DNA from: an uncultured Chloroflexia bacterium
Lineage (GTDB): Bacteria > Chloroflexota > Limnocylindria > QHBO01
Length of the DNA stretch: 64,000 nucleotides
Reading direction: 5' to 3'
Assembly: GCA_963782015.1 (NCBI GenBank)
Contig: CAWAHY010000003.1
Location: 72,499 to 136,498 of the forward strand
Translations under genes and position numbers: made by a program
Shown: in pieces, positions 1 to 8,667 of the stretch
Numbering within the stretch: the first letter of the stretch is position 1
Layout: the number at the start of each line of letters is the position of its first letter
The notes under the pieces: generated by a model
Told to the model about the DNA's origin: nothing
Seen by the model: the letters and a program-made list of their open reading frames with translations, nothing else
Databases searched by the model: none

Positions 1-177
1 AGCGTCGAGATCCACCAGATCGCCGACGGGAAGGTCTGGCAGAGCTACTCGGGTCGCTCGATCACGTCCGAGGCGATCGCCCGCCTGGAGCGGGCGTGGG
101 GCAAGCTCCAGCTGCCGATGCTGTGGCTGACGCTGAAGCGGCGGGTTCGATCGCTGCTCCGCGCCGGTCGTTCCTGA
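1..177 (+). CDS. 3' end of an unidentified CDS entering from upstream of the window
   Basis: Frame 1 is open from base 1 to TGA 175-177 (...VEIHQIADGKVWQSYSGRSITSEAIARLERAWGKLQLPMLWLTLKRRVRSLLRAGRS*). Third codon positions are G/C-rich. It is absent from the ORF track because no start lies in the window. No family recognised. Confidence 0.4.
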   Translation, partial: SVEIHQIADGKVWQSYSGRSITSEAIARLERAWGKLQLPMLWLTLKRRVRSLLRAGRS

Positions 178-181
178 CCGA

Positions 182-1339
182 TCAGCCGACGGGGGCCAGC
201 GCCGCCTGGTAGACCTCGTCCATCGCGCTCAGGGCGGCCGCGGTATCGACCGGGCGCCCGATCTCGGCGAGCGTCTCGCCCATCAGGCGAATCGCCTCGC
301 GCATCTCGTCGATCCCGACCGCGCCCATGTGCCCGAGGCGCAGGATGCGGCCCGCCCAGGCGCCCTGCCCGCCCGCCACGATCAGGCCCCTGGCGCGCAT
401 GGCGCCATTGAAGGGAGCCCACTCGAGGCCATCGGGCAGCCACGCGGCGGTGACGGTGTTGGAGCGCAGCGCGGGAGCTGCGACCAGCTTCAGGCCAAGC
501 CGCTCCAGGCCGGCCCGCACCGCGGCGGCGATGGCCGCGTGCCGCGCCCAGGTTCGCTCGCGGCCCTCGGCGAGGAGGCGCCGGACGCCTACCCGGAGGC
601 CAAACAGGACGCTGACGGCCGGGGTCCACGGTGTCTGTCCCTTCGCGGCCCAGGTGCGCGCCTCGCGCAGGTCCCAGTAGGCGCGCGGCATGCGGGCCGC
701 CTCGGCTGCGTCCCAGGCGCGCTGGCTGAGCGCCGCGATGGCGATCCCCGGCGACGCCATGAACGCCTTCTGGCTGGCGCTGATGACGAGGTCGATCCCC
801 CAGGCGTCCATCTCGAATGGCATCGCGCCCAGGCCGCTGATGCCGTCCACCACCAGCAGCGGGTCGCCGGGCGCGCCGCGGACGACTCCGGCCAGCTCGC
901 GCAGCGGGTTGGTCACCCCGGTCGAGGTCTCGTTGTGGGTGATCAGCACGACCCGGTACGGCGGGTTGGCGGCCAGGTGCGCCGCGAGGGCCGAGGGATC
1001 GGCCGCCTCGCCCCACGGGACCTCGAAGCGCTCCACCTGCGCCCCGAAGGCGGTGGCGATCTTGGCGAAGCGGTCGCCGAAGGAACCGATGGTGACGGCC
1101 AGCACCCGGTCGCCCGGCGAGAGGGTGTTGACGACGGCCGCCTCCATCGCGCCGGAGCCCGAGGCAGTCAGCAGGAGCACATCGCCACGAGTGCCGATCA
1201 GCTCGGCCAGGCCGGCGGTGATCTCGCGCAGCAGCTCGCCGAACTCGGTGCCGCGGTGATCGATCATCGGCGCCGACTGCGCCTCGCGCACCTCGCGCGG
1301 CAGCGGCGTCGGACCGGGGACGCGCAGGTTCTGCTCCAT
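182..1339 (-). CDS. class V aminotransferase (serine-pyruvate / alanine-glyoxylate aminotransferase family)
   Basis: ORF 182..1399. Fold-type I class V hallmarks: SGSGAMEAAVVN, the PLP-lysine block ISASQKAFMASPG, and RLGHMG near the C-terminus. Start placed at ATG 1339 (MEQNLRVPGPTPLP...) because TATGAT lies 7 nt upstream on this strand. In-frame ATGs at 1348, 1351 and 1399 are alternatives. Confidence 0.85.
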   Translation of the reverse strand: MEQNLRVPGPTPLPREVREAQSAPMIDHRGTEFGELLREITAGLAELIGTRGDVLLLTASGSGAMEAAVVNTLSPGDRVLAVTIGSFGDRFAKIATAFGAQVERFEVPWGEAADPSALAAHLAANPPYRVVLITHNETSTGVTNPLRELAGVVRGAPGDPLLVVDGISGLGAMPFEMDAWGIDLVISASQKAFMASPGIAIAALSQRAWDAAEAARMPRAYWDLREARTWAAKGQTPWTPAVSVLFGLRVGVRRLLAEGRERTWARHAAIAAAVRAGLERLGLKLVAAPALRSNTVTAAWLPDGLEWAPFNGAMRARGLIVAGGQGAWAGRILRLGHMGAVGIDEMREAIRLMGETLAEIGRPVDTAAALSAMDEVYQAALAPVG

Positions 1340-2732
1340 GGCGGGCATCATAATCGGCCCATGGATCCGACCGATGCCGCGTAAGCCGCCGAGCGTCACG
1401 GAGCCCCTCTTCGGCGACGCGCCCGATCGTCACGCCCCGCTCGCCGCGCGGATGCGACCGCGCACGCTCGAGGAGTTCGTCGGCCAGGACCACCTGGTCG
1501 GAGCCGATGGTGCCCTCACCAAGGTCGTGCAGCCTGGCTACGCGCCGAGCATGGTGCTGTGGGGGCCGCCCGGCTCGGGCAAGACGACCCTCGCCCGCCT
1601 CCTCGCCGATCGCTCGGGCGGGACCTGGCGGCCGATCTCCGCGGTCACCAGCGGAGTGGCCGACATCCGCGCGCTGGTCGCCGACGCGAAGGCGCTGCGC
1701 CAGGCCGGCGGCCGCACGGTGGTCTTCATCGATGAGCTGCATCGGTTCAACAAGAGCCAGCAGGACGCCCTGCTGCCGCACGTCGAGGAGGGGACCATCG
1801 TCCTGATCGGGGCGACCACCGAGAACCCGTACTACGAGATCAACTCACCGCTCCTGTCGCGACTGCGCGTCTACCGGCTCGAGCCGCTCGGCCCCGAGGA
1901 GGTGCGCGAGATCGTCGTGCGCGCGCTCGCCGACGAGCGCGGGCTCGCCGGTCGCGTCGCGGTCGACGACGAGGGCATGACCGGCCTGCTCGAGCTGTCG
2001 AGCGGCGACGCCCGCCAGGCGCTCAACATCCTCGAGGCGGCGGCTGCCGTGGCCGGAGCCTCAGGCTCGCTCAGCCGCGAGGCGATCGCCGAGGCGGCGC
2101 AGCAGCGCCTGCTCGCCTACGACCGGGTCGGCGACCAGCACTACGAGGCGGCATCGGCCTTCATCAAGAGCATGCGCGGCAACGACCCCGATGCCGCGCT
2201 CTACTGGTGCGCCAGCATGATCGCGGCGGGGGAGGACCCGACCTTCGTCGCGCGGCGCGTCGTGATCGCCGCCAGCGAGGACGTCGGCAACGCGGATCCA
2301 CGCGCCCTGCAGGTCGCGGTGGCGGCCATGCAGGCGGTCGAGATGATCGGCCTGCCGGAGGCGCAGTACGCCCTGGCGCAGGCGGTCGCCTACGTCGCAT
2401 CGGCCCCGAAGTCGAACCGCGCCGGAGGCGCCTACTTCGCAGCGCTGGCCGACGTCGAGGAGCGGGGTCGGCTGCCGGTCCCGCTCCACCTGCGCCCGTC
2501 CTCGCACCGCCGCCTGGCCAGGGAGCACGGCTACGGCAAGGGCTACCTGTACCCGCACGACTTCGACGAGGCCGATGTCGAGCAGCAGTACCTGCCCGAC
2601 GCGCTGGTCGGCAAGGTCTACTACGAGCCGTCGGACCAGGGACTGGAGAAGCAGTTCGGTGAGCGCCTCGCGCGACTGCGACGGGCGAGGCTCGAAGCGC
2701 GCCGGGCGTCGAAGCCCAGGGATGGGGGCTAG
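1338..2732 (+). CDS. rarA: replication-associated recombination protein A (RarA/MgsA AAA+ ATPase)
   Basis: Walker A GPPGSGKTTLARLLA, Walker B VVFIDELHRFNK, and MgsA C-terminal domain (YDRVGDQHYEAASAFIKSMRGNDPDAALYW). Start is ambiguous: ATG 1338 (overlaps the divergent gene's ATG in the palindrome CCATGG) or ATG 1374 (MPRKPPSV...). Confidence 0.9.
   Translation: MAGIIIGPWIRPMPRKPPSVTEPLFGDAPDRHAPLAARMRPRTLEEFVGQDHLVGADGALTKVVQPGYAPSMVLWGPPGSGKTTLARLLADRSGGTWRPISAVTSGVADIRALVADAKALRQAGGRTVVFIDELHRFNKSQQDALLPHVEEGTIVLIGATTENPYYEINSPLLSRLRVYRLEPLGPEEVREIVVRALADERGLAGRVAVDDEGMTGLLELSSGDARQALNILEAAAAVAGASGSLSREAIAEAAQQRLLAYDRVGDQHYEAASAFIKSMRGNDPDAALYWCASMIAAGEDPTFVARRVVIAASEDVGNADPRALQVAVAAMQAVEMIGLPEAQYALAQAVAYVASAPKSNRAGGAYFAALADVEERGRLPVPLHLRPSSHRRLAREHGYGKGYLYPHDFDEADVEQQYLPDALVGKVYYEPSDQGLEKQFGERLARLRRARLEARRASKPRDGG
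1347..1352 (-). promoter_or_regulatory. -10-like hexamer TATGAT, 7 nt upstream of ATG 1339 (leaderless pattern)
   Basis: The reverse complement of plus-strand ATCATA (1347-1352) is TATGAT. A 7-nt spacer (gcccgcc) precedes the aminotransferase ATG, with no Shine-Dalgarno in the gap. Confidence 0.35.
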
Positions 2733-3106
2733 TTCGGGCCGATCCCCAGGGCGCTGAAGCCGATCACCGCCGCGGCGAGCAGGACGCCCATCACGACCAC
2801 CAGCACGCCGATGTTGCGGAGGTCGCGGGTCACGTAGTGGTACTCCGAGGCGGCACGCTCCGAGAGGCGCGAGGGGCCGGCGACCGCGAAGCGCGGGTCT
2901 GAGCGGGCGCCGCGCGTGAGGGCTGGAGTGGAGGCCGCGGCGCGTGCCGTCCCGTCCTCGACGCGACGCTCCGCGGCCGCCTCGACGGCATCCGACACGA
3001 CGCCGCCGATCGGGCGCTGCGGGATCGCCGGACGCAGCGGCGGCTTGCGCTGCGCGCGCCGGTTGCGCTCACGGCGGTTGGCCGCCTTGCCGCCTCGTCG
3101 GGCCAT
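2729..3106 (-). CDS. small basic membrane protein, unknown function
   Basis: 125 aa. GGAGG lies 4 nt upstream of ATG 3106. Arg-rich N-terminus, then the motif EYHYVTRDLRNI, then one C-terminal TM helix (GVLVVVMGVLLAAAVIGFSALGI). No family name recognised. Confidence 0.55.
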   Translation of the reverse strand: MARRGGKAANRRERNRRAQRKPPLRPAIPQRPIGGVVSDAVEAAAERRVEDGTARAAASTPALTRGARSDPRFAVAGPSRLSERAASEYHYVTRDLRNIGVLVVVMGVLLAAAVIGFSALGIGPN

Positions 3107-3150
3107 GAAACCTCCGTGGTAGAGCTGCTGGCGGGCGAATCGGGGCGGGT

Positions 3151-3687
3151 ATGATACCAGCGCCCGTGCCCGACCTGAACCGCACCCTCGTGGACAACCT
3201 GGCGCTGGTTGTCGGCGTGCTCGGGGTCCTCGTCATCGGGCTGGCGGTCTTCGCCTTCGTCCAGGCCAGGCGCCTGCGGAGGGCCACCGAAGCGTATCGC
3301 AGCCTCGTCAGCGACAGCGAGGGCGGCTCGCTCCAGCACATGCTCGACGCGCACCTGGGCAAGGTGGTCGAGGTGGGTGCGCAGCTCGAGCGGCTCTCCG
3401 AGCTGCATGAGTACCTGGAGACCCGCTCGCGGGGCAGCCTGCAGCACGTCGGCCTGGTGCGCTTCAACCCGTTCGAGGACACCGGCTCCGACCAGAGCTT
3501 CGCCATCGCCCTGCTCGACGACCGACGCGACGGGATCGTGATCAGCAGCCTCCACGGCCGTGGCCAGACGCGCGTCTTCGCCAAGCCGGTCGAGGGCGGC
3601 GCATCGACGCACACGCTCTCCGACGAGGAGGCCCAGGCGATCCAGATCGCGGTCGAGGGCGCTCGCCCGACGCCCACCCTTGGCTGA
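3151..3687 (+). CDS. DUF4446 family protein
   Basis: 178 aa. N-terminal TM helix, a helical region, then the block LQHVGLVRFNPFEDTGSDQSFAIALLDDRRDGIVISSLHGR that I recognise as the DUF4446 signature. Confidence 0.7.
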   Translation: MIPAPVPDLNRTLVDNLALVVGVLGVLVIGLAVFAFVQARRLRRATEAYRSLVSDSEGGSLQHMLDAHLGKVVEVGAQLERLSELHEYLETRSRGSLQHVGLVRFNPFEDTGSDQSFAIALLDDRRDGIVISSLHGRGQTRVFAKPVEGGASTHTLSDEEAQAIQIAVEGARPTPTLG

Positions 3688-4306
3688 CGATCCGATCGAT
3701 CCGGCCCAGCGCCGGCTGGCCGAGCGCCGCCTGCTCGACGCGCTCCGGCGCCGGCATCGTCGCGAGCCGCTGCGCCGAGACGTGCGGGTCGATCGCCTGA
3801 TCGGGGACCTGCGCGCCGCCGAACCGGCCCGGCCGAGCGCGCACCGTGGCCGCCAGCCGCTGACGCTCACCGACGGGGAGCTGCGAACCGTGGTGGACGG
3901 GCTGGTTGCGTCGGGGGAGATCCGCCGTGAGGGGCACCGGCTCCGCCTCGCGGAGCGAGCTCCAGGGCTCGACCCGATCATGCGCGAACGCGTCGCCGAG
4001 CTCCTCGCTGCCCTCCGCGATGCGGGCCCGACCCCGCCGTCGGCGGACGCCGTGGCCCGGCGGCTGGGGATCCCGGCGACGCTCGTGGATCAGGTGCGGG
4101 CGGCCGGCGAGCTGGTCTCGGTGGGACCGAGGATCGACTATGCGCCCGCCACCCTGGCCGAGATGGCGGCGCAGCTCGACCGCCTGGCAGCCGGCGGGCC
4201 CCTCTCAGTGCGGGCCGTGCGCGACCTGCTGGGAACGACGCGCCGGCATGCCGAGGCGATCCTGCGCTGGTGGGTCGACGACCGCGACACACGAGGTGTC
4301 GGGTAA
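3680..4306 (+). CDS. stand-alone winged-helix protein resembling the C-terminal domains of SelB (no GTPase part)
   Basis: This is the frame of ORF 3560..4306. Its first 40 codons overlap DUF4446 and are Arg/Ser-rich, so the start is placed at TTG 3680, an 8-nt overlap with the upstream stop (TGA 3685-3687). The repeated pattern ...G(E/L)(I/V)...R..., ending in AVRDLLGTTRRHAEAILRWWVDDRDTR, matches the SelB winged-helix 3/4 signature as I remember it. Confidence 0.5.
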   Translation: MADDPIDPAQRRLAERRLLDALRRRHRREPLRRDVRVDRLIGDLRAAEPARPSAHRGRQPLTLTDGELRTVVDGLVASGEIRREGHRLRLAERAPGLDPIMRERVAELLAALRDAGPTPPSADAVARRLGIPATLVDQVRAAGELVSVGPRIDYAPATLAEMAAQLDRLAAGGPLSVRAVRDLLGTTRRHAEAILRWWVDDRDTRGVG

Positions 4307-4324
4307 GCGCGCGATAACGGTCCG

Positions 4325-7300
4325 GTGAATGGCACCTCGGCTACCATCGGGGAGATGCCAGCGGTGGTGCCGTCCCCGAACCAGATCCCCATCTTCGAGG
4401 AGCTGGTCGCCCCGCCCAGGACGGCCCCCCGGCCGCATCTGCGCGTTCAGCCACCCCTCCTCGCGGACCTGACGCCGCGCCAGCGCAAGGCGGTGACGCA
4501 CGGCGACGGACCGCTCCTGATCGTGGCCGGCGCCGGGACCGGCAAGACCACCGTCATCACGCGCCGCATCGCCTGGCTGATCGCCGAGAAGCGGGCCAAG
4601 CCGTCCGAGATCCTGGCGCTCACTTTCACGGACCGCGCCGCGCTCGAGATGACCGAGCGAGTGGATCGGCTCGTCCCGTACGGCTACACCGACACCGTGA
4701 TCAGCACCTTCCACGCCTGGGGCGATCGGCTGCTCCGCGACCACGCCCTGGAGGCCGGCCTCTCGGATCGGTCCACCGTGCTCTCCCGCGCCGAGCAGGT
4801 CATCTTCCTGCGGGAGCACCTCTTCGAGCTGCCGCTGGACCGATACCGCCCGCTCGGCGACCCGACCCGCTTCCTCCATGCGCTGGTGACGCTGATCAGC
4901 CGCGCCCGCGACGAGGACGTGACGCCGGCGGCCTACCGCACGTGGGCCGACGCCCTCGCCGCCACAGCCGCGGCCTCGCCCGACGATGCGGCCCTGGCCG
5001 AGGAGGCGGCCGGGCACGCCGAGCTGTCCGCCTGCTACGGGGCCTACCAGGACCTGATGCGTCGCACGGATCGGATCGACTTCGGTGACCAGGTGGGCCT
5101 GGCGCTCGACCTGCTGCGCGACCACCCCGCCATCCTCGCCGCGGAGCGGAAGCGGTATCGGTACATCCTGGTCGACGAGTTCCAGGACACGAACCATGCC
5201 CAGTTCGAGCTGGTCCGCCTGCTGGCCGACTCGCCGAGCGCGAACCTGACCGTGGTCGGCGACGACGACCAGAGCATCTACCGATTCCGCGGGGCTGCCC
5301 TCTCCAACATCCTCGGCTTCAGATCGGCGTACCCGGCCGCGGCGAGCGTCGTGCTGACCGACAACTTCCGGAGCCGTCAGCCGATCCTCGACGCGGCCTA
5401 TCGGCTGATCCGTCACAACGATCCAGACCGGCTCGAGGCGCGCGAGGGGCTCGACAAACAGCTCGTGGCGCGCGCGCATCCCCGGCGGGAGACGCGCGGC
5501 GACGACCCGATCACGCTGCTCGCCTTCGATACCGGCTCCGATGAGGCGGATGCGGTGGCGGAGCGGATCGCAGCGTCCGTTCGCGCCGGCCGGCGGGCCG
5601 GGGACCACGCGGTCCTGGTGCGCACCAACCGCGATGCGGACCCGATCCTGCGCTCGCTCAACATGGCGCGCGTCCCGTGGCGCTTCGCCGGCACCGCGGG
5701 CCTCTACCGGCAGCCCGAGGTCCGCCTGCTGGTCAGCTTCCTCCGGGCCGTGAACGATCCGGGCGACTCGGTCAGCTGCTATGACCTCGCCACCTCGGAG
5801 CTGTTCGGACTCGATCCGCGGGACGTGACCCTGGCGCTCAACTCCGCCTCGCGGCGTCGCACGAGCCTCGAGGCGGCGCTGCGTGCCGCCGCGCATGAGC
5901 CCGACCAGGCGCCGTTCGGCCGCCGCCCGCTCGAGGTCGTGGCGCGCCTGCTGGCGAGCCTCGACCAGCACCGCGCGCTGAGCACGGAGCGCACCACCGG
6001 CGAGCTGCTCTACCACTTCATCACCTCGTCGGGCTACCTCGGCCGTCTCGCCGCCGAAGCGCGCCAGAGCGGGGACGAGCGCCTGGCCAACGTGGGCCGC
6101 TTCTTCGAGATCGTGCGGCGGCAGTCCTCCCTGCTCCGCGACGACCGCCTGCCGTTCCTGGTCGCCCAGCTGGACACGCTGATCGAGGCGGGTGACGATC
6201 CATCGACGGCGGACGTGGCAGCCGACGAGGGGGATGCCGTCCATGTCCTGACCTACCATCGGGCCAAGGGCCTCGAGTTCCCGATCGTGGTCATGGTGGG
6301 GCTGGTCGACGACCGCTTCCCGACGCGGTCGCGCGGCGATCTGCTCCCATTCCCGGCCGAGCTGGTCCGAGAGGCCCTGCCGGAGGGGGATCACCACCTG
6401 GCCGAGGAGCGACGCCTCTTCTACGTGGGGATGACGCGAGCACGCGAGGAGCTGCTGCTGACCTGGGCGCGAGACTACGGTGGACGGACCGCGCGGCGCA
6501 TGAGCCAGTTCGTGCTCGAGGCGCTGGACCTCCCGCCCGCGACGCCGGTCGAGGCGCTGCGGCCGAGCGTGGCGGAACGCCTGGCCCGCAGCCAGCACCC
6601 GGTCCGCCAGCCGGCCTCGCCCGCCCCGCCGTCGCTGGGGGATCGGCCACTGACCCTGTCATATGGGCAGGTCAGCGATTACCTCGAGTGCCCGGCCAAG
6701 TACCGGTTCGGACACGTGATCCGGATCCCGACCCCGGTCTCGCACCAGCTCGTCTACGGCAAGGCGCTGCACGCGGCGGTGCAGGCATTCCATCGGCGGC
6801 AGATGGCAGGCCGGCCCATGTCGCTGGCAGAGCTGCACGCGGAGCTGGACGCCGCCTGGGAGTCGAGTGGCTTCCTGACCCGCGAGCACGAGGAGGCGCG
6901 CAAGCGTGCGGCTCGAGACGCGCTCGAGCGCTTCTGGACCGATGAGCGGACCGACCCCTCCGCACCGACCGCGGTCGAGCTCGAGTTCGTGGTCCCCTTC
7001 GGCCGCGACCGGGTGCGCGGGCGGTACGACCGGGTCGATACCGATCCCGCCGGACGGGTCACCATCACCGACTACAAGTCGAGTGACGTGCGCGATCCCG
7101 CCACGGCATCGCGGCGCGCCCGCGAGTCGCTCCAGCTGGCGATCTACGGCCTGGCCTGGGAGGCGCAGCACGGTCGTGCGCCGGATGATCTCGCGCTCCA
7201 CTTCCTCGAGCTGGGGATCGAAGGGCACAGCAGCGCGAGCCCCAAGCGACTCGCGCGGGCCAGCGAGCAGGTGGCCACGGCGGCGGAGGGGATCCGCGCC

Positions 7301-7381
7301 GGGCGATTCGAGGCGAGCCCGTCGCCCACGCGCTGCGGCTATTGCCCGTTCCGCGAGATCTGCCCCGATGCCCTGCGCTAG
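4325..7381 (+). CDS. UvrD/PcrA-family ATP-dependent DNA helicase fused to a C-terminal PD-(D/E)XK (Cas4/AddB-like, 4-Cys) nuclease domain
   Basis: 1018 aa. Helicase motifs AGAGTGKTT, DEFQDTN, VGDDDQSIYRFRGA, LTYHRAKGLEF, YVGMTRAR. The C-terminal ~270 aa carry YLECPAKYRF, GRYDRVD, ITDYKS, QLAIY and CGYCPFREIC (a C...CxxCx5C iron-sulfur-type cysteine set). Start GTG 4325 or ATG 4355. Confidence 0.9.
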   Translation: MNGTSATIGEMPAVVPSPNQIPIFEELVAPPRTAPRPHLRVQPPLLADLTPRQRKAVTHGDGPLLIVAGAGTGKTTVITRRIAWLIAEKRAKPSEILALTFTDRAALEMTERVDRLVPYGYTDTVISTFHAWGDRLLRDHALEAGLSDRSTVLSRAEQVIFLREHLFELPLDRYRPLGDPTRFLHALVTLISRARDEDVTPAAYRTWADALAATAAASPDDAALAEEAAGHAELSACYGAYQDLMRRTDRIDFGDQVGLALDLLRDHPAILAAERKRYRYILVDEFQDTNHAQFELVRLLADSPSANLTVVGDDDQSIYRFRGAALSNILGFRSAYPAAASVVLTDNFRSRQPILDAAYRLIRHNDPDRLEAREGLDKQLVARAHPRRETRGDDPITLLAFDTGSDEADAVAERIAASVRAGRRAGDHAVLVRTNRDADPILRSLNMARVPWRFAGTAGLYRQPEVRLLVSFLRAVNDPGDSVSCYDLATSELFGLDPRDVTLALNSASRRRTSLEAALRAAAHEPDQAPFGRRPLEVVARLLASLDQHRALSTERTTGELLYHFITSSGYLGRLAAEARQSGDERLANVGRFFEIVRRQSSLLRDDRLPFLVAQLDTLIEAGDDPSTADVAADEGDAVHVLTYHRAKGLEFPIVVMVGLVDDRFPTRSRGDLLPFPAELVREALPEGDHHLAEERRLFYVGMTRAREELLLTWARDYGGRTARRMSQFVLEALDLPPATPVEALRPSVAERLARSQHPVRQPASPAPPSLGDRPLTLSYGQVSDYLECPAKYRFGHVIRIPTPVSHQLVYGKALHAAVQAFHRRQMAGRPMSLAELHAELDAAWESSGFLTREHEEARKRAARDALERFWTDERTDPSAPTAVELEFVVPFGRDRVRGRYDRVDTDPAGRVTITDYKSSDVRDPATASRRARESLQLAIYGLAWEAQHGRAPDDLALHFLELGIEGHSSASPKRLARASEQVATAAEGIRAGRFEASPSPTRCGYCPFREICPDALR

Positions 7382-7400
7382 CCCGCATGCCTGATCGCCG

Positions 7401-7808
7401 TTGACCGGTCGAACCCGCCTCGCCGTCGCGGCGCTCGTGCTGCTCGCCGTGCTGACCGGGGTGGTGCTCGTCGCATTCGCGGGAAACGTCTGCCCGACCG
7501 ACACCGCGGCCACCCCCTGTCCCGACGCGGGCGGCAACCGGGCGGTCGTGGTGGCCCTTGCCGCGGCGACCGCCGGCCTCGCCGTCGCGCCGTTCGCGCT
7601 GCTCGCCGAGTTCGCGGTCCGGCGTCGGATCATCTACCGCGGCGCCTGGGCCCGCGCAGCGCGGCGCGGCGTGCTGGTGGCGGGCGCGCTCGCCGCGCTG
7701 GCCGGCCTGCGGCTGGGGGGAGCGCTCTCCGTCCCGGTCGCCCTCTTCATCGTGAGCCTGGCGGCGGCCCTGGAATGGCTCGCGGTGCGCCGCTTCGATC
7801 TGCCATGA
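7401..7808 (+). CDS. integral membrane protein, unknown function
   Basis: 135 aa, TTG start. About four Ala/Leu/Val-rich hydrophobic helices. No family recognised. Confidence 0.5.
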   Translation: MTGRTRLAVAALVLLAVLTGVVLVAFAGNVCPTDTAATPCPDAGGNRAVVVALAAATAGLAVAPFALLAEFAVRRRIIYRGAWARAARRGVLVAGALAALAGLRLGGALSVPVALFIVSLAAALEWLAVRRFDLP

Positions 7809-7815
7809 GGGGATC

Positions 7816-8667
7816 TTGGGGGTGACTGCGGACATCTTCGCCTCGCAGCCGGGCGACGAGGATCTGCTCGCGGAGATCTTCGACCTCGAGCACGATGCGA
7901 TCACCGAGGACCTCCCGTTCTGGCGCGAGTGGGCGAGCCGCAGCGGCGGGCGGGTGATCGATCTCGGCTGCGGGTCGGGGCGGTTGTTCGCCTCGCTGCT
8001 CGAGGGCGGTGCCTCGCGGATCGTGGGGGTCGACGGCTCGGCGGCGCTGCTGCGACGCGCGAACGCACGGATCGAGGGCGACCCCGTGCTCGCGGCGGCC
8101 GCCGCGGATGGCAGGCTCGCGCTCCTCCGGGGCGATGTCAGGGCGCTGGCGACCCTCAACATCCGGGAGCGATTCGACCTGGCGCTGGCCGTCGGCGTGG
8201 TGCCCCATCTCGACGGGCCAGAGGACGCGCTGCGCCTGCTGGGCGGCGTGCGCTCGCTGCTTGCGCCCGGCGGGCGGCTCGTCGTCGACGACCTGGGCCC
8301 CGCGGCGATGCCCCGGCGCGACCTTCCGCTCTCGGTGGACTGGCGGCGTGAGCTGCATGGCCGCGAGGTGGTTCGCCGCAGCGAGCTGATCCGGCGCGAG
8401 TCACCCGAGGGGCTGCGCGTCGCCTTCTCCACGATCGCGGATGCAGTACAACCCGATGGTACGATAGCGCGACTTCCGGCCAGTCATAAGCTCTGGTATC
8501 CATCTCCTGAGGCGCTCGCCGCACTCGTCAGGCAAGCGGGGATGGTGGTCGAGTTGAGCTACGGCTCACACGATCTCGAGCCGCTCGGACGGGAGAGCGA
8601 GCGCCGCATCGTTGTGGTGAGGTACGAGCCCGCGGCATCGGCGCCGCAAGAGGAGAGGGTTGGCTGA
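7816..8667 (+). CDS. class I SAM-dependent methyltransferase
   Basis: 283 aa. Motif I VIDLGCGSGRL, followed by the RFDLALAVGVVPHL and GGRLVVD blocks typical of the Rossmann-fold methyltransferases. Start TTG 7816 or GTG 7822. Confidence 0.8.
   Translation: MGVTADIFASQPGDEDLLAEIFDLEHDAITEDLPFWREWASRSGGRVIDLGCGSGRLFASLLEGGASRIVGVDGSAALLRRANARIEGDPVLAAAAADGRLALLRGDVRALATLNIRERFDLALAVGVVPHLDGPEDALRLLGGVRSLLAPGGRLVVDDLGPAAMPRRDLPLSVDWRRELHGREVVRRSELIRRESPEGLRVAFSTIADAVQPDGTIARLPASHKLWYPSPEALAALVRQAGMVVELSYGSHDLEPLGRESERRIVVVRYEPAASAPQEERVG

Noticed and set aside
45-1781. 578-aa minus-strand ORF spanning the aminotransferase/rarA region. Similar very long ORFs occur at 4205-6598(-), 9640-11763(-), 12118-13917(-) and 22527-24299(-).
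   Set aside because: Their translations are Arg/Gly/Pro/Ala-rich low-complexity strings with no motifs. Each lies antisense to, or in an alternate frame of, a gene with unmistakable conserved motifs (AGXT/rarA, UvrD, murI/metalloprotease, ychF, CrtI-like). These are typical stop-codon-poor shadow ORFs of GC-rich DNA.
3560-3679. N-terminal 40 codons of ORF 3560-4306
   Set aside because: They overlap the 3' end of the DUF4446 gene in another frame and encode only Arg/Ser/Pro repeats. A TTG at 3680 gives a conventional short overlap.
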